This document shows positions 11,871-21,067 of a DNA stretch of 64,000 nucleotides, one piece after another (the first letter of the stretch is position 1; every line of letters begins with the position of its first letter). Where the stretch lies: the NCBI GenBank assembly GCA_963702475.1, contig CAVPCT010000003.1:832001-896000 (forward strand), read 5' to 3'. A program made the position numbers and the translations under genes. This DNA is from an uncultured Thermoleophilia bacterium (GTDB lineage: Bacteria > Actinomycetota > Thermoleophilia > UBA2241). The notes below the pieces were generated by a model. That model saw nothing but the letters and a program-made list of their open reading frames with translations. It did no database searches and was not told the DNA's origin.

Positions 11871-12763
11871 GCACTGTCACGCCCTCGCCCGGCGAGAAGG
11901 TGCGGAGTCTCCACTACCGCGCCGGGCAACTCGCAAAGGGGGAGGATGAGCTCCTCATCACGCCCGAGCGGATGGGGTTCTCCTTCGCCGGCCTGCGCGT
12001 CGTGCGGCTCGAACCGGAGGCCACGCTCACGCTCCGGACGGACGCAGACGAGCTCGTCGTGCTGCCCCTCGCCGGCGGTTGCCGCGTCGAGACGGACGGC
12101 CTGTCGGCAGACCTCCAGGGGCGCGAAGACGTCTTCGCGCGCATCAGCGACTTCGCCTACGTGCCCCGCGACAGCGAGGTGCGCATCACGGCCGCCCGCA
12201 GCTGCGAGCTGGCCCTGCCCTCAGCCCGGGCGCGGCGCCGCCTCGAGCCCGCTTACGGCGAGGCCGAGGCGGTGGGCATCGAGATCCTCGGCGCCGGACA
12301 GGCGACACGCCAGAAGAACAACTACCTCGCGCCCGGGGGCCTCCCCGCGGACCGCCTCTGCCTGTGCGAGGTCCTTACCCCCGACGGCAACTGGTCCTCC
12401 TATCCACCGCACAAGCACGACGACCCGATGACCGGCGAGTCGGTCCTCGAGGAGATCTACTACTACCGCCTCGGCGGCGGTCCCGCCGCCTACGGCTGCC
12501 ACCGCACCTACGACCTCGAGCAGGGCTGGGACGTGACGGTGACGGTGCGTAGCGGCGACGTCTTCCTCGTGCCGCGTGGCTACCACGGGCCCTGCATGGC
12601 CGCGCCCGGCTATCCGATGTGGTACCTCAACGTGCTCGCCGGGCCCGCGGCGGAGCGCTCGCTCATCGTCGCCGACGACCCCGAGCAGCACTGGATACGC
12701 GAGTCCTGGCAGACGCAGGCGATAGACCCGCGCATCCCGCTGACGACGGCGGTGGCCCGATGA
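11867..12763 (+). CDS. iolB: 5-deoxy-glucuronate isomerase
   Basis: EVLTPDGNWSSYPPHKHD, LEEIYYY, VPRGYHGP, YLNVLAGP. Confidence 0.92.
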   Translation: MSTVTPSPGEKVRSLHYRAGQLAKGEDELLITPERMGFSFAGLRVVRLEPEATLTLRTDADELVVLPLAGGCRVETDGLSADLQGREDVFARISDFAYVPRDSEVRITAARSCELALPSARARRRLEPAYGEAEAVGIEILGAGQATRQKNNYLAPGGLPADRLCLCEVLTPDGNWSSYPPHKHDDPMTGESVLEEIYYYRLGGGPAAYGCHRTYDLEQGWDVTVTVRSGDVFLVPRGYHGPCMAAPGYPMWYLNVLAGPAAERSLIVADDPEQHWIRESWQTQAIDPRIPLTTAVAR

Positions 12764-14697
12764 AGACGCGCCGGTTGACGATGGCCCAGGCCATCATCGA
12801 GTTCCTCACCGCCCAGGAGGTCGAGCGCGACGGGGTGCGCAATCGGTTCTTCGCCGGCTGCATCGGCATCTTCGGACACGGCAACCTCGCCGGCATCGGG
12901 CAGGCCCTGCAGGAGCGGCCCGACTTCCGCTATATCCAGGCGCGCAACGAGCAGGCCGCGGTGCACATCGCCTCGGGCTTGGCCAAGCAGAGCAGGCGCC
13001 GGCGCACCCTCGCCTGCACCTCCTCGATCGGCCCCGGGGCGACCAACATGGTGACCGGGGCGGCGGTGGCCACCGTCAACCACCTGCCGGTGCTGCTCCT
13101 GCCTGGCGACGTCTTCGCGGGTCGACGGCCCGACCCCGTGCTGCAGCAGCTGCAGGTGCCCTACGCCGGTGACGTCAGCGTCAACGATTGCCTGCGTCCC
13201 GTCTCGCGCTACTTCGACCGCCTCACGCGGCCCGAGCAGGCTCCGAGCGCCCTGTTGCAGGCGATGCGCGTCCTCACCGACCCGGCCGAGACCGGCGCCG
13301 TGACGCTCGCCCTGCCCCAGGACGTGCAGGCCGAGGCCGCCGACTATGCGGACGAGCTCTTCGCGCCGCGCGTCTGGCACATCCCTCGCGCCGTGCCCGA
13401 CGCGGCCGCCCTGGAACGTGCGGCCGCGCTGCTGCGTGCGGCCCAGCGGCCGTTGATCGTGGCCGGCGGCGGCGTCCTCTATTCAGAGGCCTCGGAGGCA
13501 CTCGCCGCGTTCAGCCAGGCGACGGGCATACCGGTCGCGGAGACCCAGGCCGGCAAGGGTGCGATGCACTTCGCCGACCCCCTCACCCTGGGGAGCGTCG
13601 GGGTCACAGGGACGCTGGCGGCGAACGCGCTGGCTCGCGAGGCCGACCTCGTGCTCGGCGTCGGTACCCGCTACTCGGACTTCACGACCGCCTCGCACAC
13701 CGCCTTCGCGGACCCTGACGTGCGCTTCGTCAACGTCAACGTGGCGGGCTTCGACGCCGGCCGCTTCGCCGGCTGCCCACTGGTCGGCGACGCGCGCGCC
13801 ACGCTCACCGCTCTGGCCGCTCTCCTCGAGGGCCACCGGTCTCGAGCGGAGTGGACCGCCAAGGCTGCCGCTCTCCATGAACAGTGGGAGGCTGAGCTCG
13901 AGCGCGTCTGCACCCCTCCCGACCAAGCGACGCTGACCCAGGCCGCGGTCATCGCGGCGGTCAACGAGGCGGCAGGGGAGGACGGCGTCGTGGTCAACGC
14001 CGCCGGGAGCCTGCCCGGCGACCTGCACAAGCTCTGGCGCAGTCGCCACCCGCGCTCCTATCACATGGAGTACGGCTACTCCTGCATGGGCTACGAGGTG
14101 GCCGGGGGAATCGGCGCGAAGCTCGCCGACCCCGAGAGGCCGGTGTTCGCGATGGTCGGCGACGGCTCGTGGCTGATGATGTCGAGCGAGCTGGTGACCG
14201 CGGTGCAGGAGGCGGTCCCGCTCGTCTGCGTGCTCGTCGACAACCACGGCTTCGCCTCGATCGGCGGGCTCTCGCAGTCGCTCGGCAGCGCGCGCTTCGG
14301 CACCGCCTATCGCAGGCGAGGAGCCGACGGGCAGCTGTCGGGCGAGCTGTTGCCGATCGATTTCGTCGCCAACGCCGCCAGCTTGGGCGCGCGCGCTCGC
14401 CGGGCAGACACGCTCGCGGAGCTGCGCGAGGCGCTCGCCGAGGCGCGGAGCAGCGAGCGGCCCGTCGTCATCGTCGTGGAGACGAGCCCGGACCACAGTG
14501 TCCCGAGCTACGGGTCGTGGTGGGACGTGGCCGTGGCTGAGGTCAGCGCGATGCCGGCGGTCGCGACCGCCCGGGAAGCCTACGAGACGGCGCGCCTCCG
14601 CGAACGACCATTTGTGGCGCCGGCTGGGGGTCGCGCGTCAGCCGATGTGCAGGCTGACCGTCCACCGAAGTCGGCCGGAGACGGGAGCAGCCCATGA
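12760..14697 (+). CDS. iolD: 3D-(3,5/4)-trihydroxycyclohexane-1,2-dione hydrolase (ThDP)
   Basis: RLTMAQA, IFGHGN, RNEQ, TSSIGPGATN, YHMEYGYSCMGYE, GDGS, WWDVAV. Confidence 0.95.
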   Translation: MKTRRLTMAQAIIEFLTAQEVERDGVRNRFFAGCIGIFGHGNLAGIGQALQERPDFRYIQARNEQAAVHIASGLAKQSRRRRTLACTSSIGPGATNMVTGAAVATVNHLPVLLLPGDVFAGRRPDPVLQQLQVPYAGDVSVNDCLRPVSRYFDRLTRPEQAPSALLQAMRVLTDPAETGAVTLALPQDVQAEAADYADELFAPRVWHIPRAVPDAAALERAAALLRAAQRPLIVAGGGVLYSEASEALAAFSQATGIPVAETQAGKGAMHFADPLTLGSVGVTGTLAANALAREADLVLGVGTRYSDFTTASHTAFADPDVRFVNVNVAGFDAGRFAGCPLVGDARATLTALAALLEGHRSRAEWTAKAAALHEQWEAELERVCTPPDQATLTQAAVIAAVNEAAGEDGVVVNAAGSLPGDLHKLWRSRHPRSYHMEYGYSCMGYEVAGGIGAKLADPERPVFAMVGDGSWLMMSSELVTAVQEAVPLVCVLVDNHGFASIGGLSQSLGSARFGTAYRRRGADGQLSGELLPIDFVANAASLGARARRADTLAELREALAEARSSERPVVIVVETSPDHSVPSYGSWWDVAVAEVSAMPAVATAREAYETARLRERPFVAPAGGRASADVQADRPPKSAGDGSSP

Positions 14698-15617
14698 ACG
14701 TCAAGGTATCGTCCGCGCCCTGCTCGTTCGGAGTCTGGGAGACCAACGTTGAGGAGGGCGTCCACCCCGAACCGGCGCAGTTCGTGCGGCTCGTGCGAGA
14801 GTGCGGCTACGAAGGGACCGAACTCGGTCCGCCCGGCTATCTGGGGAGCGGCGAGACAGTGGCGAGGCTCTTGCAGCAGGCCGACCTGCGGCTGGCCGGG
14901 TCCTTCCTGATGTTCCGCCTCTCACGGGAGGACGAGTTCCGCCAGGACCTCGCGGCCCTGGACGGGACGCTCGCCGAGCTCAGTCTCGCTGCGGGAGACA
15001 ACGAGCTGCCCATCGTCCTCCTCGCTGACGCGTTCGGCGCCGAGCCCGACAGGATGCAGTACGCCGGCGCCATCGAGCAGCATCCCGAGACGTGGTTGAG
15101 CGCGGAGCGCTCGAAGCTGCTCGTCGCCAACCTGCAGCGCACCGCGTATCGCTGCTGTGAGCTCGGCTTCACCTGCTCGCTGCACCCCGACTACGGCAGC
15201 TACATCGAGACCGAGCGCGAGATCACCTCGGTCTTCGAGGCCACCGACCCCGACCTCCTCGGCCTCTGTTTCGACACCGGCAACATCGCCTTCGCCGGTT
15301 CCCGGCCGGCCGAGCTCCTCAAGCAGTACATGCCGGTGGTGAACCACGTCCACCTGAAGGACCTCGATCTCGGCCTGCTCGCGAGGGTCCAAGGCAGTGG
15401 CCAGGGGGTGGAGGGCGCCTGGGACGCGGGGGTCTTCTGTGAGATCGGCAGCGGCGACGCCCAGGTCGCCGAGTGCCTCGAGGAGCTCGACCGTGCGGGC
15501 TACGAAGGCTGGCTCGTGGTCGAGCACGAGCGCCCACTGGTGGAGGGCTGGGCACTTGAGGACGCTGTAGCCGCGCAGCGAGCGAACCGAGCCTGGCTTG
15601 CTGATCGGGGGGTCTAA
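14694..15617 (+). CDS. iolE: Inosose dehydratase-like TIM barrel (IolE-like)
   Basis: APCSFGV, GYEGTELGP, LCFDTG, HVHLKD, GWLVVE; iol context. Confidence 0.7.
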   Translation: MNVKVSSAPCSFGVWETNVEEGVHPEPAQFVRLVRECGYEGTELGPPGYLGSGETVARLLQQADLRLAGSFLMFRLSREDEFRQDLAALDGTLAELSLAAGDNELPIVLLADAFGAEPDRMQYAGAIEQHPETWLSAERSKLLVANLQRTAYRCCELGFTCSLHPDYGSYIETEREITSVFEATDPDLLGLCFDTGNIAFAGSRPAELLKQYMPVVNHVHLKDLDLGLLARVQGSGQGVEGAWDAGVFCEIGSGDAQVAECLEELDRAGYEGWLVVEHERPLVEGWALEDAVAAQRANRAWLADRGV

Positions 15618-15680
15618 CAAGCAGGCGATGTCTTTGAGTCACTCGAGCTGAGCGCCATGCCCTATCCGGAGGAGACGCAC

Positions 15681-16817
15681 ATGTCCGTCAGCACACCCTC
15701 GTCCTCGCCGGCCGAGCGGCCCGGCCCGACCCCGGCGGGTCCGCGCCGCGAGCCCCTTGAGGAGACGGCCGCGACCACCGCGACCGACTACTGGAACGAT
15801 TCCTGTTCAGTGGAGGAACTGGACTACGCCATCACCCGAGGGGCCGTCGGGGCGACGACCAACCCGACCATCGTCGGAGACGTGCTTAAGAAGGAGATGC
15901 ATCTCTGGCGCGAGCGCATCGCGGAGCTCATCGCCGGCAACCCGACGTGGACCGAGGACGAGGTCACCTGGAGGCTGATCGAGGAGATGGCGCAGCGCGG
16001 TGCCGAGCTGCTTCTGCCCGTGTTCGAGCGCGAGGGCGGCAGGAAGGGCCGCCTCTCCATCCAGACCGACCCGCGCTACTACCGCGACGCGGCGCGCATC
16101 GTCGAGCAGGCCGTCCGCTTCGCAGCGCTGGCGCCGAACATGCAGGTGAAGATCCCGGTGACGCACGCGGGCATCGCAGCCATAGAGGAGGCCACCGTGG
16201 CCGGCGTGAACGTCAACGCCACGGTGTGCTTCACCGTGCCGCAGGCGCTTGCGGTCGCAGAGGCGGTCGAACGCGGCCTCGCCCGTCGTGCGATGGCTGG
16301 CGAGGACGTCACTCCGATGACGCCGGTCTGCACGGTCATGATCGGGCGCCTCGACGACTGGCTGCAGGTACTGGTCAAGCGCGACGGCGTCGTGGCCGAC
16401 CCCGGCATCGTGCACTGGGCGGGGGTAGCCTGCTTCAAGAAGGCGTACGGCATCTTCATGGAGCGCGGCTACCGCACCCGCCTGCTGGCCGCGGCCTACC
16501 GCCACCACCTGCACTGGTCGGAGCTCATCGGCGGCGACGTCATCCTCACCATCCCCTACGCCTGGCAGCGCCTGTTCAACGAGTCCGACATCGAGGTCGT
16601 GCCGCGCATGGACGAGCCGGTGCCGGTGGAGATCGTCGATGAGCTCTACCGCCGCTTCCCGGACTTTCGGGGAGCCTACGACGAGGACGGCATGACGGAC
16701 GCGGAGTTCGACGCCTACGGCGCCACGGCGCGCACGCTGCGCGGGTTCATCAGTTCCTATCACGACCTGGTCGCCGTGGTCCGCGACTTCATGTTGCCTG
16801 ACCCGGACGTGAGGTAG
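15681..16817 (+). CDS. Transaldolase family protein
   Basis: YWNDS, GATTNP, MQVKIP (Schiff-base Lys), NVNATVCF; GGAG RBS. Confidence 0.88.
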   Translation: MSVSTPSSSPAERPGPTPAGPRREPLEETAATTATDYWNDSCSVEELDYAITRGAVGATTNPTIVGDVLKKEMHLWRERIAELIAGNPTWTEDEVTWRLIEEMAQRGAELLLPVFEREGGRKGRLSIQTDPRYYRDAARIVEQAVRFAALAPNMQVKIPVTHAGIAAIEEATVAGVNVNATVCFTVPQALAVAEAVERGLARRAMAGEDVTPMTPVCTVMIGRLDDWLQVLVKRDGVVADPGIVHWAGVACFKKAYGIFMERGYRTRLLAAAYRHHLHWSELIGGDVILTIPYAWQRLFNESDIEVVPRMDEPVPVEIVDELYRRFPDFRGAYDEDGMTDAEFDAYGATARTLRGFISSYHDLVAVVRDFMLPDPDVR

Positions 16818-16972
16818 GTCTCCACCCGCGCACCGGTTCGCACGGCCGCCATGTGGACCGGTGCGCACCCGCTCCGAAATTGAATGCGCGATTCCAAGTC
16901 CGGCTCATCGCGCATCGAGATGTTCGGCATCACTGTGGGTGCAGGCGATATCTCAGGCTAGGCGAATGGCGT

Positions 16973-17127
16973 GCCGACATCTTGCCGACGAGATGCATCG
17001 CCACGGCCCATCACGACCAGTCACAGGCCGCCAGCGGGTCTACTCAGGAACCTGGACTGTGCAGCACAATTGCGTCTATCTCATTACGCCTGAGCACCGC
17101 CAGCTGACGACATCAAGACCCCCTGCA
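16973..17127 (+). repeat. att arm region with degenerate core (junction 2)
   Basis: GCCGACATCTTGCCGACGAGA, GAACCTGGACTGTGCAGCAC (17048-17067) and AGCACCG..GCTGACGAC..CAAGACC, all matching the arms before 22896 and 34472. Confidence 0.7.
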
Positions 17128-17163
17128 GATCCAATCGTGGAACAATGCCGTCGTGAGCTATCG

Positions 17164-18150
17164 TCACCCCTGGTCGTCCATGCCCGACTCCGCGAGCTCA
17201 CCCACGTCTGGCCAGGCTTCGTCGGACAGTCTGAGCAGATCTTCCTGCGACGTGCGCTGCGACAGGTAGGCTTCGACTGTGGGCCGCGACCAAGCTGACA
17301 AGAAGCGCAGGGTGAAGAGCTTGGCCTCCTCCGGATGCCAGGCGTGGGCCTCGATCAGGCGGGCGTGAAGCTCGGCCTTCGAGAGTCGCTCCGGGGAGTC
17401 GCGCAGCAGCCGCCCGATCTCCTGCTCGTAGACCTCGCTCCACCGGAGGCTCTCGTCGATCTGCGCGGCCACCTGCTCGCCCGTGAGCACGGGGGACGGC
17501 TGATAGCGATAGAGATGGGCTGTGACGAGCCGCTCCGCCTCGAGCTCGCGCAGGCGCCGGAGCGACGCGCGGTATGCCGCAACGTCGGTGATGATCGGCA
17601 GGCCCTGTGAGTAGTCGCCGTTGCCCTGCACAGCGTCGCCGCACAGGAGGAGGCGCTCGCCAGCGCACCACAGACTGATGGCCGTCGACGAATGGCCCGG
17701 GGTGTGCAGAACCTGGAAGACGATGTCGCCGCAGGCGAGCTCCTGTCCATCCGCGAGGGGGATGTCCACGCCGTCCGGCACCGAAGCAGCGGCGTCGGGA
17801 TGCGCGGCCACCGGCGCTCCCGAGGCCCGCTTGAGTGGGACATTGCCGAGCACGTGGTCGAAGTGGTCGTGGCTGTTGACGATGACGCGGATGGAGCGCG
17901 GTCCGAGCCCCCTGGCGCCCAGGAACGGCAGCAGGTAGGTGGCGGGGTGGTAGGCGAGGCCGGGGTCGACCACAAGTACGTCGTCATCGGCGATTACGAC
18001 CACCGTGCCGATGTAGATCGCGGCCGGTGAGATCACCCCGGTCGGTCCCCACAGGGGCGCGCGTACCAGGTAGACACCGTCCGTGACGGTCTCCCAGGCG
18101 GCCGGATAGTCGATGGCGAGGTGGCCGATGGTGCCGTAGCCGTCCATCAT
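17164..18150 (-). CDS. MBL-fold metallo-hydrolase
   Basis: SHDHFDH, HTPGHS, LCGDA, AH. Confidence 0.88.
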   Translation of the reverse strand: MMDGYGTIGHLAIDYPAAWETVTDGVYLVRAPLWGPTGVISPAAIYIGTVVVIADDDVLVVDPGLAYHPATYLLPFLGARGLGPRSIRVIVNSHDHFDHVLGNVPLKRASGAPVAAHPDAAASVPDGVDIPLADGQELACGDIVFQVLHTPGHSSTAISLWCAGERLLLCGDAVQGNGDYSQGLPIITDVAAYRASLRRLRELEAERLVTAHLYRYQPSPVLTGEQVAAQIDESLRWSEVYEQEIGRLLRDSPERLSKAELHARLIEAHAWHPEEAKLFTLRFLSAWSRPTVEAYLSQRTSQEDLLRLSDEAWPDVGELAESGMDDQG

Positions 18151-18196
18151 TGCTGCCTCTCCTTTCCCCTCGGCCAAGGTCGCTTGTCTCGCGTGA

Positions 18197-19798
18197 CTAG
18201 CTGCCGAAGAAGTAGGTGTCGAGCCGGGCCTCCCCTTTGCCCAGCCCCAGTTTGCGTCTGATGCTGCGGCGATGGAAGGTCACGGTGGCCGGTGACAGGT
18301 AGAGCGTCTCCGCGATCTCGGCGGTCGTCCTGCCGGCGCGAATGAGGTTCAGGACCTCGGTCTCGCGGCGCGTAAAAGACGCCCGATGTTGGGCGCCCGC
18401 GGGGTTGCTCGCGGGCAGGCCCAGCAGCGGCCTGCTGATCTCTCGCAGCGAGCGGGCCAGCGCCTCCAGCTGGGCCGCCTCGGGCCGGAGGCCCAGAGAA
18501 CGGCGGGTGCGGTCGAGCGTGGGCAGCACGAACTGCTCGAGATTTCGGATGACGGTCTGCTCGAGGTCGTGGCGGTCCTGCTGCATCTGGCCGAGGGTGG
18601 CCACCAGCACGGCGTCGCGCTTCTCCAGCAGCTCGGCCTGCTGCCGCAGGGCACTCTCCGATTCCTCGAGTGCGCCGCGCAGATCGCGAAAGAGCGGCGT
18701 CACGTCCGTGCCAAGCAAGAAGGCGAAGCTGTCGCCGCCGACATTGCAGGGGACGATCGTGAAGAGCAGGTGGCGTGGCCTGTCGTCGTGATGCAGCTCC
18801 GCCTCACGGCGTTGAACGCTCTCCGTGGCCAGCGACTGCCGCACGGCGTCGGTGAAATCCTTGGCAAAGAGGTCCTCCAGTGCCTCGCCCAAGACGGCTT
18901 TCTCCGGAGCTCCCAGCAGCTCGAGGCCGGCGGGATTGGCGTCGAGAACGGTGATCTGGGCATCGACGCGGTAGGCGGGGTTGGTAGCCGTCGTGAACAG
19001 GGTGCGGTAGAGCTCCCTGGAGTCGCGCAGCGCCTGCTCGGCTTGACGCTCGCGCGTGATGTCCCGGACGGTGCCGACCTGGTGCGACGGCGACCCGTCG
19101 GCGCCAGTGATCACGATCCCCCTGTCCTGGACGAGGATGTAGCTGCCGTCCTCGCGCCGCATGCGGTACTCGCCGACGTACGGGTCTCCGCGTGCGACGG
19201 CGGCGTCGTTGGTGCGGATGACCTCCACGCGGTCGTCCGGGTGGATCCGCTCGCGAAAGCCGATGTTGGTGCGCGGCAGCCCCCCCGGCTCCAACCCCAG
19301 CATGAGGTCCAGTGGGGCGGTGAGCTCGACGAAGTCCGTCAGGATGTGCCAGTCGTAGTAGGCGTCGGCGATGCCTTCGAGGAGGGCCTTGAAGCGCTTG
19401 GCCGAGGCCCCCACGCCGGTGATGGCGCGCTCGTCTTCAACGACTTCTGTGAGTTCCACGACGAGATAGGGTCGAGCGTGATGCACCAGGCGAGCCTCGA
19501 ACCGCATCAAGCGAGCGTGGTCACGCAGATCGACCGTCAGCCGTCCACGTTGCGTCTCCCCTGGTCTCAGCGCACGGAACGCGGTCATCGGAAGGCCCTG
19601 TGGGCGGTCCGCGGCGAGGGCGCGCAGCCAAGCGGAGGTCGGCGGCGACCCACGCAGCCCAAGAGACGAACGGGCGGGCGTGTTGCCTGCGACGAAGCTG
19701 AGCGAGGTGGGGTCGAACACGAGCACCAGCGACCGCGACGGCAGCTTCAGGCAGTCGAGCTCGGATGCCGCTGCTTCCGCGTCGGACGTCGTGTTCAC
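18197..19798 (-). CDS. PAS-domain LuxR-family transcriptional regulator
   Basis: PAS/PAC (IHPDDR, EYRMRREDG, RDITRER); C-terminal FTRRETEVL..GRTTAEIA..LYLS..TV.FH. Confidence 0.88.
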   Translation of the reverse strand: MNTTSDAEAAASELDCLKLPSRSLVLVFDPTSLSFVAGNTPARSSLGLRGSPPTSAWLRALAADRPQGLPMTAFRALRPGETQRGRLTVDLRDHARLMRFEARLVHHARPYLVVELTEVVEDERAITGVGASAKRFKALLEGIADAYYDWHILTDFVELTAPLDLMLGLEPGGLPRTNIGFRERIHPDDRVEVIRTNDAAVARGDPYVGEYRMRREDGSYILVQDRGIVITGADGSPSHQVGTVRDITRERQAEQALRDSRELYRTLFTTATNPAYRVDAQITVLDANPAGLELLGAPEKAVLGEALEDLFAKDFTDAVRQSLATESVQRREAELHHDDRPRHLLFTIVPCNVGGDSFAFLLGTDVTPLFRDLRGALEESESALRQQAELLEKRDAVLVATLGQMQQDRHDLEQTVIRNLEQFVLPTLDRTRRSLGLRPEAAQLEALARSLREISRPLLGLPASNPAGAQHRASFTRRETEVLNLIRAGRTTAEIAETLYLSPATVTFHRRSIRRKLGLGKGEARLDTYFFGS

Positions 19799-20086
19799 GG
19801 GTCCCTCCGTGCCTGGCGTGAACTCAGCCTATCCAAGACCTATGACTATCCTCCCATAACGCTCCGTTGAACAGCGTCAGGTGCCGCCTAGCATCGAGTC
19901 GAAGGGTACGGCACTCTCACACTCCGAGGCCGGTTGCGTGACGATCGTGGCTCGCCGCGACACTCAGCGCCCCAGCTCGACACCTTCCTGTTCGCTGCTG
20001 CCCGTTTTTCGTGACCTCCGTCAAGCCGCTCGTCCGCGACCCCCGTGAGCGTCGGCGGCACTCACCGGTCGTCAAGGAGGTACGAC

Positions 20087-21034
20087 ATGAGAGACCTGAA
20101 CGCCATCGGCGTTGCACTGATCCAGCAGCGTGTCCTGTCAGGCATCGAGAACAGAGAGCGCAATCTCGAGCGCGCACTGGAGCTCATCGACGTCGCGATG
20201 CACGGCAAAGGCGACCTTGGGACAGTGGACATCATCGGCCTCGCGGAGACGTTCGCCACCGGGTTTCCGAGCTTCTATCCCCCAGACCGAGAGCTGTTCC
20301 AGAAGTGGGGCGAGCGTGTACCGGACACGCGGGGAGAGGTGCCGGCTTCGAGCACGATTCTGGGCGTGCTGTCGGAGAAGGCACGCGAGCATCACGTGTG
20401 GATCCAGGCGGGATCGGTCCTCGAGACCGACGACGAAGGCGAGATCCACAACACCGCCGTCCTGCTCGACGACGAGGGGCGCTTCGTGGGCAAGTACACG
20501 AAGGTGCAGCCGTGGACGCCTGAGCCGCCCTACGCGCGAGCCACCCTGCCCGTCTTCGACACCCCGTTGGGCGTCATCGGTATGAACATCTGCTACGACG
20601 GCAGCTTCCCGGAGATCTCACGCATCCTCGCCCTCAAGGGCGCGGAGATCATCTTTCGCCCCTCGGAGATGAACGACCCGCTTAACGCCCTCGGCTGGGA
20701 GTGGTGGCAGATCGAGAACCGGGCGCGGGCCATCGAGAACCACTGCTACGTGGTCGCCGTGTCCTGCATCAAGCAGGACGAGATCTTCACCTACCCCGGC
20801 TGCAGCCAGCTCGTCGATCCCTTCGGGCGCGTGCTCATCGAGTCGAGCGACAACATGGGCGAACGCGTCCTCTTCGACACCATGGACATCCTCAACGTGC
20901 GTCGCATCAGGAAGGAGTGGATCAGCGACAACCATTTCAAGGATCTGCGCGTCGACCTCTACGCGAAGGAGTACTCAGAGCTGGCCGCTCTGCGTGAAGC
21001 CGATCCGTCCCAGCCAGCTACCTCGGCATCGTGA
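20087..21034 (+). CDS. Carbon-nitrogen hydrolase (nitrilase/amidase superfamily)
   Basis: E-K-C triad: LAETF, KYTKVQP, NICYDGSFPE; RARAIEN. Confidence 0.9.
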   Translation: MRDLNAIGVALIQQRVLSGIENRERNLERALELIDVAMHGKGDLGTVDIIGLAETFATGFPSFYPPDRELFQKWGERVPDTRGEVPASSTILGVLSEKAREHHVWIQAGSVLETDDEGEIHNTAVLLDDEGRFVGKYTKVQPWTPEPPYARATLPVFDTPLGVIGMNICYDGSFPEISRILALKGAEIIFRPSEMNDPLNALGWEWWQIENRARAIENHCYVVAVSCIKQDEIFTYPGCSQLVDPFGRVLIESSDNMGERVLFDTMDILNVRRIRKEWISDNHFKDLRVDLYAKEYSELAALREADPSQPATSAS

Positions 21035-21067
21035 CGGACAACGTGTGAGAACAAGAAGGGAGTGGAT

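Noticed and set aside
10718-12763. 681-aa Gfo/Idh/MocA-IolB fusion in the ORF track
   Set aside because: A frameshift near 11770 explains it. The alternative frame gives a normal C-terminus ending in TGA that overlaps the iolB ATG (ATGA).
15612-15625. attC R'' box GTCTAAC at the iolE stop
   Set aside because: It lies inside an operon and has no L boxes or R' partner.
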